Part shown: positions 1-8,500 of the stretch, piece after piece
Position numbering within the stretch: position 1 is the stretch's first letter
Layout: each line of letters begins with the position of its first letter
Origin: Oscillospiraceae bacterium
GTDB lineage: Bacteria > Bacillota > Clostridia > Oscillospirales > Ruminococcaceae
Reading direction: 5' to 3'
Assembly (NCBI GenBank): GCA_035593545.1
Contig: DAOSWK010000001.1
Coordinates: 1 to 58,906, forward strand
DNA length: 58,906 nucleotides
Position numbers and translations under genes: made by a program
Notes under the pieces: generated by a model
Seen by the model: the letters and a program-made list of their open reading frames with translations, nothing else
Told to the model about the DNA's origin: nothing
Database searches by the model: none

Positions 1-232
1 TGGAAAATTCAAGCCCGATCTCGGCGTATTCGCCTTTATGAATACGGACGGTGCGCTGATGGCCTTCCTGATCTTCAATAACCAGAGAGACAAGGCGGTT
101 CACCATATAAAACCGGTAATCCAACACGTCGTTAATTGCTCTGCCGTTGATGGAAACGAGCGTCTCGCCCGGCAAGATCCCGGCACGCTCCGCATGGGAC
201 CGCGCCGCAATGGAAGAGATGACAACCGGCAA
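1..232 (-). CDS. N-terminal part (runs off the window) of a PDZ-domain protein, DUF512 / radical-SAM-associated type
   Basis: Not in the ORF track because there is no stop in the window. The minus frame from TTG at 232, preceded by AGGAGG with a 7-nt spacer, reads LPVVISSIAARSHAERAGILPGETLVSINGRAINDVLDYRFYMV. This is a PDZ-like N-terminus as remembered for clostridial DUF512 proteins. Confidence 0.5.
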   Translation of the reverse strand, partial: MPVVISSIAARSHAERAGILPGETLVSINGRAINDVLDYRFYMVNRLVSLVIEDQEGHQRTVRIHKGEYAEIGLEFS

Positions 233-530
233 ATGCCCGCCTCCTTTTTTAGAATATGACTTCCTGCGACGGAAATGCGCCCACTTTGGCAAAATTGCGC
301 GCCGGCGTTTCCGTGAGTTTTCGTATGCGAATGGCGGAAATCCCCTTTAAGGAAAATGCGCGCCGCGCTCAAAAAAGCTTTAAACTTTTGTTCCGGCAGA
401 CCGCCCAAAAACGCAGGCGGTTTCTTCATCGCTTCGGCAAAACGGCGAAAGGCTTTTGTATGATTTCCTGTCAAAACGAACGTCCCACATGCCCTGAAGA
501 CGAAAGAACCGTTCCCTGCCCTCTTTCCGC

Positions 531-1511
531 TTATTTCGCGGAGAATTCCCAGACGGTTTTATGCTCGTACCAGCCGTCCGGCATCAACAGCGTGGATGGG
601 AATTCCGGCTGATGCGGGGAATCCGGGAAAAACTGCGTCTCGAGGCAGAGGCCGGAATTCGGTCCGTAGACGGCGCCGGTTTTGCCTCTCTCTCCCTCCG
701 GAATATGCCCGCCGCAATAGAGCTGAAGTCCGGGCAGATCCGTCCATACTCTGAGCAGCCGCCCGGAAGTCTCCTCATAGAACTCGGCGGCCGGGCCTTC
801 TTTATATAAAACAAAATTATTGTCGCAATCGGCTGTGACCGGGCGCGGCTCCCGGAAATCCAGCTCCGTACCCGCGACCAGAAAAATTTCGCCGGTGGGG
901 ATCTGTTCCCCATCGACCGGCGTATAGGAATCCGCATGGAGGCAAAGCTGATGGCCGAGAATATTTCCCTTGCCGGCGAGGTTAAAATACGTATGATTCG
1001 TCAGGTTGACGAAGGTCGGCGCATTCGTCGTGGCGGAATAGCCGATCTCGAAGTTGCCGTCGTCGTTGAAGCCGAAGCGCACCGTGACGAAAAGCTCGCC
1101 GGGGAAGCCGTCCTCCCGGTCGGGAGAGACATCGCTCAGATAGAGCCAGCCGGGCGTTTCGGTGGCCTTCCAGAGCTTCTTATGAAAGCCTCCGCCGCCG
1201 TGGAGCGTATTCCTGCCCTCGTTGGCGGTCAGACGGAAGGTGTGATCCTCAAGATGAACCCGCGCGCCTTTAATCCGGTTGGCATAGCGCCCGATCGTTG
1301 CGCCGAAAAAGCAGCCGCCCGCAAGATATTCCTCCGGCGTATCGTAGCCGAGGACGACATCCGCCGGCTCCCCGTTCCGGTCCGGGACGGAGAGGGACTG
1401 CACGGTGCCGCCGAGGTCGGAAACCGTCACGCGGATGCCGCCGCTCTCAAGCATATAGAGATGAACGTCTCCCTCCGGCAAAGTCCCCCAGAGGATCTTC
1501 TCCAGTTTCAT
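531..1511 (-). CDS. galM: aldose 1-epimerase (galactose mutarotase)
   Basis: ORF 531..1532. Start moved to ATG 1511 (AAAGGAGG upstream). GATIGRYANRI and LHGGGGFHKKLW motifs; length typical of the family. Confidence 0.9.
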   Translation of the reverse strand: MKLEKILWGTLPEGDVHLYMLESGGIRVTVSDLGGTVQSLSVPDRNGEPADVVLGYDTPEEYLAGGCFFGATIGRYANRIKGARVHLEDHTFRLTANEGRNTLHGGGGFHKKLWKATETPGWLYLSDVSPDREDGFPGELFVTVRFGFNDDGNFEIGYSATTNAPTFVNLTNHTYFNLAGKGNILGHQLCLHADSYTPVDGEQIPTGEIFLVAGTELDFREPRPVTADCDNNFVLYKEGPAAEFYEETSGRLLRVWTDLPGLQLYCGGHIPEGERGKTGAVYGPNSGLCLETQFFPDSPHQPEFPSTLLMPDGWYEHKTVWEFSAK

Positions 1512-1596
1512 GGTACGCCGCCTCCTTTTCATAAAAAAGAAAAAGAATTATAAAAACTATACCATGCGGGGGAAAAAACTGCAACAATCCGGGACA

Positions 1597-1635
1597 GAAA
1601 AAAAGCCCTGACAGGCAAGTTTGCCCACCACGGCT
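1597..1635 (-). terminator. rho-independent terminator after rpmF (A-run and T-run on both sides)
   Basis: AGCC...GGCAA/TTGCC...GGCT imperfect hairpin at 1604-1635. It is followed on the minus strand by seven T (complement of 1597-1604). Confidence 0.55.
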
Positions 1636-1663
1636 TTTTCGGAAAGCAATTTCGATCGGAGGT

Positions 1664-1852
1664 TCAGGCCTCTTCTTCGACTTTGACGATCTCTTTGCCT
1701 TTGTAGTATCCGCAATTCTTGCAGACGACATGCGGGAGCTTCAGCTCGCCGCACTGCGGGCATTTGCAGAAGCCCGGAACGGCAATCTTCCAGACGTTGG
1801 AACGTCTTTTATTCTTTCTTGCTTTGGAAACTTTTCTCTTCGGTACTGCCAT
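1664..1852 (-). CDS. rpmF: 50S ribosomal protein L32
   Basis: [18 protein letters not shown] with CPQCG...CKNCG zinc ribbon. Start taken at the 4th codon of ORF 1664..1861. Confidence 0.95.
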   Translation of the reverse strand: MAVPKRKVSKARKNKRRSNVWKIAVPGFCKCPQCGELKLPHVVCKNCGYYKGKEIVKVEEEA

Positions 1853-1879
1853 GAAGAGCACCTCCTTAACTCATGATCC

Positions 1880-2380
1880 TCAGCTGTCGAGCAGCTCTTT
1901 TAATTTTGCCAGGCGGGGGTCGGTCTGTTCTCTTTGGCATCCGCACTCCGTCTCATTGAGATCGGCGCCGCAAATCGGGCAAAGCCCCTTGCAGTCCTCC
2001 TTGCACAAAAAACGGAAAGGAAGCTCAAGCGTGACGTCCGTCATGACAAGCTCATCCATGTTGAGCATTCCGTCCGGAACCACGAGGAATTCGTCGTTCT
2101 CGTTCCCGCCGGAGAGTTCCCTCGCCAGCATATGCTCAAAAGAATAGGTCACGCGCTTTTCCGTTTCTTTTCGGCAGCGGTCGCATTCATACTTCAGCAG
2201 AACATCTGCCGAATACTGAAGCGACACGATGCCGGCCCGGTTCCGGAGCAATCCATTGATCCGCACGGGAGCGCCGAAGACACGCTGTCCCCAGATCTCC
2301 ACATTGGCAAGATCGATCTCCCCTTCGACCGGAATGGTCAGATCGGGCGCCTCAAACAGATTTTTAATATCAATCAGCAT
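1880..2380 (-). CDS. yceD: YceD/DUF177 family protein (large-subunit rRNA accumulation protein)
   Basis: Last 166 codons of ORF 1880..2614, from ATG 2380. CDRC...CKEDCKGLCPICGADLN cysteine pattern. Lies directly upstream of rpmF, as is typical. Confidence 0.85.
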   Translation of the reverse strand: MLIDIKNLFEAPDLTIPVEGEIDLANVEIWGQRVFGAPVRINGLLRNRAGIVSLQYSADVLLKYECDRCRKETEKRVTYSFEHMLARELSGGNENDEFLVVPDGMLNMDELVMTDVTLELPFRFLCKEDCKGLCPICGADLNETECGCQREQTDPRLAKLKELLDS

Positions 2381-2408
2381 ACCAATCCCTCGCAACGCCA
2401 CGGAGAAT

Positions 2409-2437
2409 ATTATATAGATATCGGTTTGGTTTGTCAA
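2409..2437 (-). promoter_or_regulatory. sigma-A type promoter for yceD-rpmF
   Basis: Minus strand TTGACA (2437-2432), 17-nt spacer, TATAAT (2414-2409), about 30 nt upstream of ATG 2380. Confidence 0.6.
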
Positions 2438-2573
2438 GCGATTTTTCTCCCGTATCAAGGGCAAAAAAACGCCGTGGCACAACATTTTAATTTTAGCAGA
2501 AACGGAGAGAATATGCAAACCTTTCCTTTGCAATCTTTCCGAAAATCTTTTTTTCGACTTCTGCGCCGGCGCC

Positions 2574-3257
2574 TCAGGTGCTGAGGAAATAACCGCTTGC
2601 GGCCATGGAGACATAGTCGTCGTTCGCCACGATGATATGGTCGATCAGCTCGACGCCGACCTCCCGGAGCGTCTTGCGAAGCTGCAAGGTCAGATCGATG
2701 TCCTCCTGCGAGGGCACGGCGTACCCCTGCGGATGATTGTGCGCGAGGACCGCGCGGGTCGCCTTTGTGCGGAGGACCGTCTCGATCACCGCGCGCTTCG
2801 TGACGTTCACCCGGCCGATATCCCCTTCCGCGAGCTGATCGCAGGAGAGGATCCGGCCTTTGTTGTCAATTGAGACAAGCAAAAGCCGTTCATTTTTCCG
2901 GCCGACAAACCGCGGCAGCAGATACTTTCCGAGGTCGGAGAGGCCGCCGACGAGACTGTCCGTGGCATTTTTTGCCTCCAGATAGCGGCGCGCGGCCTGC
3001 GGAATCAGGCTGAGCAGAACCGCCGCATTTTCCCCGACGCCTTGGACGGTCATCAGCTCCTCCACCGGAGCATCCAGCACCGCGTCGAGGCTGCCGAAGC
3101 GTTCGATCAGGCGGTGCGCGATCGGGTTGGTATCCGCCCGCGGATTGGAATAGAACAGCAGCAGCTCCAGAACCTGATGCGGCTCAAAGCCGTCCAGCCC
3201 CTCGCTGCGGTATCGGCTACGGAGACGCTGTCTGTGACCTTCGTGTTCGCCCGGCAT
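2574..3257 (-). CDS. radC: RadC-family JAB/MPN domain protein
   Basis: LAHNHPQGYAVPSQEDI JAB motif, helix-hairpin-helix N-terminal half, 227 aa. Confidence 0.9.
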   Translation of the reverse strand: MPGEHEGHRQRLRSRYRSEGLDGFEPHQVLELLLFYSNPRADTNPIAHRLIERFGSLDAVLDAPVEELMTVQGVGENAAVLLSLIPQAARRYLEAKNATDSLVGGLSDLGKYLLPRFVGRKNERLLLVSIDNKGRILSCDQLAEGDIGRVNVTKRAVIETVLRTKATRAVLAHNHPQGYAVPSQEDIDLTLQLRKTLREVGVELIDHIIVANDDYVSMAASGYFLST

Positions 3258-3342
3258 GAAATCCGCTCCCTTCGCTTTTTGTTGCGTATCCCTCTTAAAA
3301 GTATTATACTAAATCAAAATAAAAAAGAAAGCCCGTGACGGT

Positions 3343-4302
3343 ATAAAAAGTTTCACGATCTCCGAAAACGACGCAGGGCAGCGCCTCGATAAGTTTCTGA
3401 CAAAAAGCGTCCCGAAACTCCCAAAGTCCCTGCTCTATAAATATATCCGCATCAAGCGCATCAAACGAAACGGCAAACGCTGCGACATCGCCGACCATCT
3501 GGAGACCGGCGATCTGATCGAGTGCTATGTCTCCGACGAATTTTTTGAGGAGGAGCCGAGCAAACCGGCCTGTTTCTATGCGCCTTCCGCCGTCGACGTG
3601 ATCTATGAGGATCAGAATATTCTGCTCACCAACAAGCCCGCCGGACTGCTCGTCCACGAAGGCGACGAGTGGTCCGCCGACACGCTGATCCTGCGCATCC
3701 AGCACTACCTCTATAAAAAAGGCGAATACGATCCGGAAAACGAAAATTCCTTCGTGCCGGCGCTCTGCAACCGGATCGACCGCAATACCTGCGGCATCGT
3801 GATCGCCGCGAAGAACGCCGCGGCCCTTCGCTACCTGAACGACAGCATTAAAGAACGCACCGTTGAGAAAAAATATCTCTGCGTCGTCAGCGGCACCCCG
3901 GCAAAGCGCTCCGGCACCATCGAGAGTTTCCTCCGGAAGGACGAAAAAACCAACACGGTCGAAGTCTTCAAAACTCCCGTCCCCGGCGGCCGGACCGCAG
4001 TGACGAAATACTATGTGCTCGAATCCAAAAAGGGCATGAGCCTCGTGGAGGCGGAACTTTTGACCGGCCGAACCCACCAGATCCGCGCCCAGTTTGCCTC
4101 CATCGGCTGCCCGCTCGTCGGCGACACAAAATACGGCAAGGCAAAGGACGGCCGCGGCCTCACCTGGCAGGCGCTCTGCTCCTACAAAGTCACGTTCCGC
4201 TTCGGCGGAGAGGGTCCGCTCGCCTACCTCGACGGGAAGACGTTTCAGGTACAGGATGCGTGGTTCCTCAAAGAGCTCGGCTTCGCGATGCCGAAATCCT
4301 GA
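3343..4302 (+). CDS. RluA-family 23S rRNA pseudouridine synthase (RluC/RluD-like) with N-terminal S4 domain; start codon non-canonical or unresolved
   Basis: Catalytic part is ORF 3598..4302 (NRIDRNTCGIVIAAKN, GRTHQIRAQF). The same frame is open back to the stop at 3310 and encodes an S4-like KSFTISENDAGQRLDKFLTK. That stretch has no in-frame ATG, GTG or TTG. ATA 3343 is used as a provisional start. Confidence 0.75.
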   Translation: MKSFTISENDAGQRLDKFLTKSVPKLPKSLLYKYIRIKRIKRNGKRCDIADHLETGDLIECYVSDEFFEEEPSKPACFYAPSAVDVIYEDQNILLTNKPAGLLVHEGDEWSADTLILRIQHYLYKKGEYDPENENSFVPALCNRIDRNTCGIVIAAKNAAALRYLNDSIKERTVEKKYLCVVSGTPAKRSGTIESFLRKDEKTNTVEVFKTPVPGGRTAVTKYYVLESKKGMSLVEAELLTGRTHQIRAQFASIGCPLVGDTKYGKAKDGRGLTWQALCSYKVTFRFGGEGPLAYLDGKTFQVQDAWFLKELGFAMPKS

Positions 4303-4611
4303 CGCGGCGGCCCTTTTTCCCTCGTGTAGCACAGAGAAACGACCGGTTTCCTCGGTAAACATCGGCTTTTTTACGCCGACATCAGAATTTTCTCTGTCTC
4401 CGCACAAACTGCTGGAAAGGGTTCTGGGACGTCATACCGGGATGCCCCTGCGGCATTTACCGATACCAGCTCTTGCTGAAACAGACGGCAACGATTCTTC
4501 GTTCTTGCTTCTGCGAAAATTGTCGAAAAACGTATAGGCCGGGACCGGGCAGAGCCTTTCTCCGGAGATTTCCGGCCCGATATGCCGACATTTCTTTTCA
4601 AAATTCATCTG

Positions 4612-4653
4612 TAAAATAAAATGGCGGTCCTTAAAAAGGGCCGCCGTTTTTTT
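4612..4653. terminator. bidirectional rho-independent terminator
   Basis: GGCGGTCC (4623-4630) / GGGCCGCC (4638-4645) stem with a T-run at 4647-4653 and an A/T-rich run on the other side. It abuts the stop of the minus-strand gene at 4652. Confidence 0.65.
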
Positions 4654-5596
4654 ATTCCATTTCTTTCAGAACCGTCTCCAGCGACTCGACCGCGACGTCG
4701 TTTTCCGCCCGGTTGCCGGCGAAGACACAGAGATAGTCCCCGTCCCTCCGGACGGCGATGCCCAGCTCTTCCAGCCCCGCCGCAATCCGTTCCGCGCCGT
4801 CGGTTCTGAAAAACACGCAGTCTGCTTTGGTGCGATAGAGCCGCTCCGGCGCGCGGTATTTCACCGCCAGCTTCTTGATGCGGAGATAGAGGCTCTCCCG
4901 GCTGTCCATGAGCTTCCGCTGCGCCGTTTTGAGCACGGCCGGATGCTTAAAGATGATCTCCGCGGCGGCCTGATTGGAGGCGGAGATTCCCCCGTCGAAC
5001 TCCGGCAGATCCGCTCCCGCGGCATAGACCGGATTTCCGCCGAACCAGAGCTTTTTGAGCACGACAAGATTTGGGGTCACGCCGGCATCTTTGAGCACAG
5101 ATTCCTTCGGATCGGCCATATGGCTCTCATCCACGAGAACCAAGCCCTTCGCCGCGGAGGTAAGGCTTCTCACCTCGGCCACGGAAAGTTCCAGAGACGC
5201 CGGGCAGGCCGGGTTGGTGAGGAAAATCACGCTCCCCGGCTCCTTTTCCGCCGCGGCAAGCAGGGCGTCGGCGTCGATCTTCATATCTTTCGTCCGTGAA
5301 ACGACGCTCAGCCCGTTGTCCGGAAAAGCGGCGCGGAATGCCTCGGCGGAACAGTCGTACTCCGGGATCACCGCCGCCGTATCGACAGGAAGAATTCCGC
5401 GCAGAAGCGTTTTGTAATCCGCTCCGGCGCGCACAAATTCAGGCTTTGTCCCATAGACCTCGGCAAAGCCGCCGCAGAGACCTTTCGCAAAAGGATCACC
5501 GGGCGTTCCGGCGTTCTCCCCGCGGGCGACGCCGATCAGCCGGCTGAAGGCCTCCTCAATATCAAAGAAAAAGACGCTCCCGTCCAGATAAAACAT
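4652..5596 (-). CDS. class I/II aminotransferase-fold protein (HisC-like, divergent motifs)
   Basis: ORF 4652..5611. Start set at ATG 5596, which shares its A with the polC TGA (TGATG) and has GGGGAGG upstream. VIFLTNPACPAS, LVLVDESH and PNLVVLKK segments align by eye with the NPNNPTG, DEAY and SK regions of HisC-type enzymes. Confidence 0.6.
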   Translation of the reverse strand: MFYLDGSVFFFDIEEAFSRLIGVARGENAGTPGDPFAKGLCGGFAEVYGTKPEFVRAGADYKTLLRGILPVDTAAVIPEYDCSAEAFRAAFPDNGLSVVSRTKDMKIDADALLAAAEKEPGSVIFLTNPACPASLELSVAEVRSLTSAAKGLVLVDESHMADPKESVLKDAGVTPNLVVLKKLWFGGNPVYAAGADLPEFDGGISASNQAAAEIIFKHPAVLKTAQRKLMDSRESLYLRIKKLAVKYRAPERLYRTKADCVFFRTDGAERIAAGLEELGIAVRRDGDYLCVFAGNRAENDVAVESLETVLKEME

Positions 5597-8500
5597 CAGG
5601 AACCTCCCCACATTTCAAACAAATTCATCTGCGTGGTTTTTGGCAAACCGCTCAGCACGCCGGCCGCCCGCAGAATATCCATGACGCCGCTGCCGACCGA
5701 GTTGCGCGCCATAATGTCGTCCTCCGAAAGATACGGCCCCTTTGTCCCGCCCACCTGCAAGCTCCGCGCCGCGGTTTCGCCGAGCCCCTTGAGCGCGGTG
5801 AACGGCAGGCGCAGTTTTCCGTCCTCCGGCACATATTTGACTGCATCCGAACGGTAGAGATCGACCGGCAGGCATTCGATGCCGCGCGCCAGCATCTCGT
5901 TGATGATCTGAAGCGTGGTCAGGGAATCCTCTTCCTTTGCCGTCGGATTCGACAGATCTTCGAGTTCCTTGATCTTCCGCTCTACGGCCGCTTTCCCGGC
6001 AAGCGCGGATTCCGCATCAAAATCGCCGCCGCGGACCGTGAAGAACGCCGCGTAGAATTCCAGCGGATAATAAACCTTAAAATAGGCGGTACGGATGGCG
6101 CCGATGTCGTAGGCCACGGCATGCGCTTTCGGGAACATATACTTGATTTTCAGGCAGGAATCGAGGTACCAGTCCGGCACGCCGTGTTCCTTCATCGCCT
6201 GTTTATGCTCGTCGGTCAGCAGCTTCGTCGCCTTGCCTTTACGAGTGATCTCCATGATCTTAAAGGCCATGGAAGGCTCGAGCCCATAGCGGATCAGCGT
6301 CGTCATGATACTGTCGCGCGTGCCGATGACGTTGGAAATCGTGCAGGTGCCGTTTTTGATCAGATCCTGCGCGTTGCCGAGCCAGACGTCCGTACCATGG
6401 GAAAGGCCGGCGATCTGAATAAGGTCTGCAAAGTTCTTCGGCTTTGCATCCATCAGCATCTGACGGACGAAAGGCGTGCCCATCTCCGGCAGCGCGAAGG
6501 TGCCGGTCTTGCAGTCGATCTCCTCCGGCGTGACGCCCAATGCCGCTGGGGACTGCAATAGGCTGTAAACCTTCTCGTCGCTCATCGGCACATCCAAGAC
6601 GCGGATGCCGGTCAGGTCCTCCAGATGTTTATAGAGCATCGGAACCTCGTGTCCGAGTTCGTCGAGCTTTAAGATCGTATCGTGAAGCGAATGGAAGTCG
6701 AAATGCGTCGTCAAGACCTCGGCATCCGGGTCGTCGGCCGGGTGCTGGATCGGGCAGAAATCGGTGACGTCGTGATCCGCCGGGATGACGACCATACCGC
6801 CCGGGTGCTGGCCGGTCGTGCGCTTGACGCCGATGCAGCCGCCGGCAAGTCTCGCCTCCTCCGCTTTATGTAAGGTGATACCGCGCTCCTCGCAGTATTT
6901 CTTGACATATCCATAGGCGGTCTTTTCGGCGATGGTGCCGATGGTGCCGGCCTTAAAAACATGGGATTTCCCGAACAGCTCCTCCGTGTAGCGGTGGGCT
7001 CTCGTCTGATATTCGCTCGAGAAATTGAGGTCGATATCCGGCTCCTTGTCGCCATGGAAGCCAAGGAACGTCTCGAACGGGATTTCGTGGCCGTCGCGGC
7101 GGTATTCCGCGCCGCAGATCGGGCATTTTTTCGGCGGAAGGTCGAAACCGGAACCGACAGAGCCGTCCTCGACGAATTCGCTGTGTTTGCACTTCGGGCA
7201 GACGTAGTGCGGCGGCAGAGGGTTGACCTCCGAGATACCGCTCATCGAGGCCACGAAGGACGAGCCGACCGAGCCTCTCGAACCGACGAGATAGCCCTCG
7301 CTCTCGCTCTTGGAGACGAGCTTCTGCGCGATCACGTACAATACGGCATATCCGTGCTTGATGATCGAGCTAAGCTCATGCTCCAATCGCTCCGAAACCT
7401 GCGGCGGCAGAGGGTCGCCGTAAATCTCGTGGGCGCGCTTCCAGCACATCTTCTGAAGATCTTCCTCCGCGCCCTCGATGGAAGGCGTAAAGGTGCCCTC
7501 CGGAATCGGCCGCAGGAAGTCGACGGAATCGGCGATCCGGTTCGGCACGGTGATAACCACCTCGCGGGCCTTTTCTTCGCCGAGGTAGGAGAACTCGTCA
7601 AGCATCTCCCGGGTAGTCTTGAAATAGAGGGAGGGCTGCTCCTCCGCATGTTCAAACCCGACGGCGTTCATGATGATCTTGCGGTAATCCGCATCCTCCG
7701 GGTTAAGGAAATGCACGTCTCCGGTTGCCACAACGGGGATGCCGAGTTCCTCGCCCAGCGCGACGATCTGCCGGTTCCAGTTGCGGAGCTGCTCGTCGTT
7801 CTCGGCCATTCCCTCCCGAACCAGAAACCGGTTGTTGTCGAGCGGCTGAATCTCCAGATAATCGTAAAACGAGGCAAGCCGAACCAGTTCTTCATGCGGC
7901 TTTCCCTCGCGGATCGCTGTGTAAAGTTCTCCTGCTTCACATGCGGATCCGACGATCAGTCCCTCCCGATATTGAGTCAGGATGCTCTTCGGCACGCGCG
8001 GATGCCGGTGAAAATAACGGATATGCGATAAGGAAATCAGTTCGTAGAGGTTTTTCAGCCCCTTCTGATTTTTGGCGATCAGAATCAGGTGGTAGGTCGG
8101 AAGTTTTTTCGGATCCGTGCCGCCCAAAAGCCCGTTGAGCGCCGAAAAGTTGTCGGCGTGCTTCTCCGTCTCGATCTTTTTAAGCATCTCGAGCAGGATC
8201 AGCGCGAGCTCTTTCGCATCGTCGCTTGCGCGGTGGTGATTGAAGGGCGCGAGCTTCAGGTGGTTTGAGAGCGTATCAAGTTTGTGGTTTGTGAGCTCCG
8301 GATAAAGCGACCTCGCCATTGTGACCGTATCGGCAAAGGAATTGCAAAAGCCCAGATGATGCCGGTCGGAGACCATGCGTAGGAAGCCGGTATCGAACCC
8401 GGCGTTGTGGGCGACGAGGAAGGCGTCCGGCCCGCAGAAGTCCATAAACTTCCGGTAGGCCTCCTCCTCCTTCGGCGCGCCCCGTACCATGCTGTCGTTG

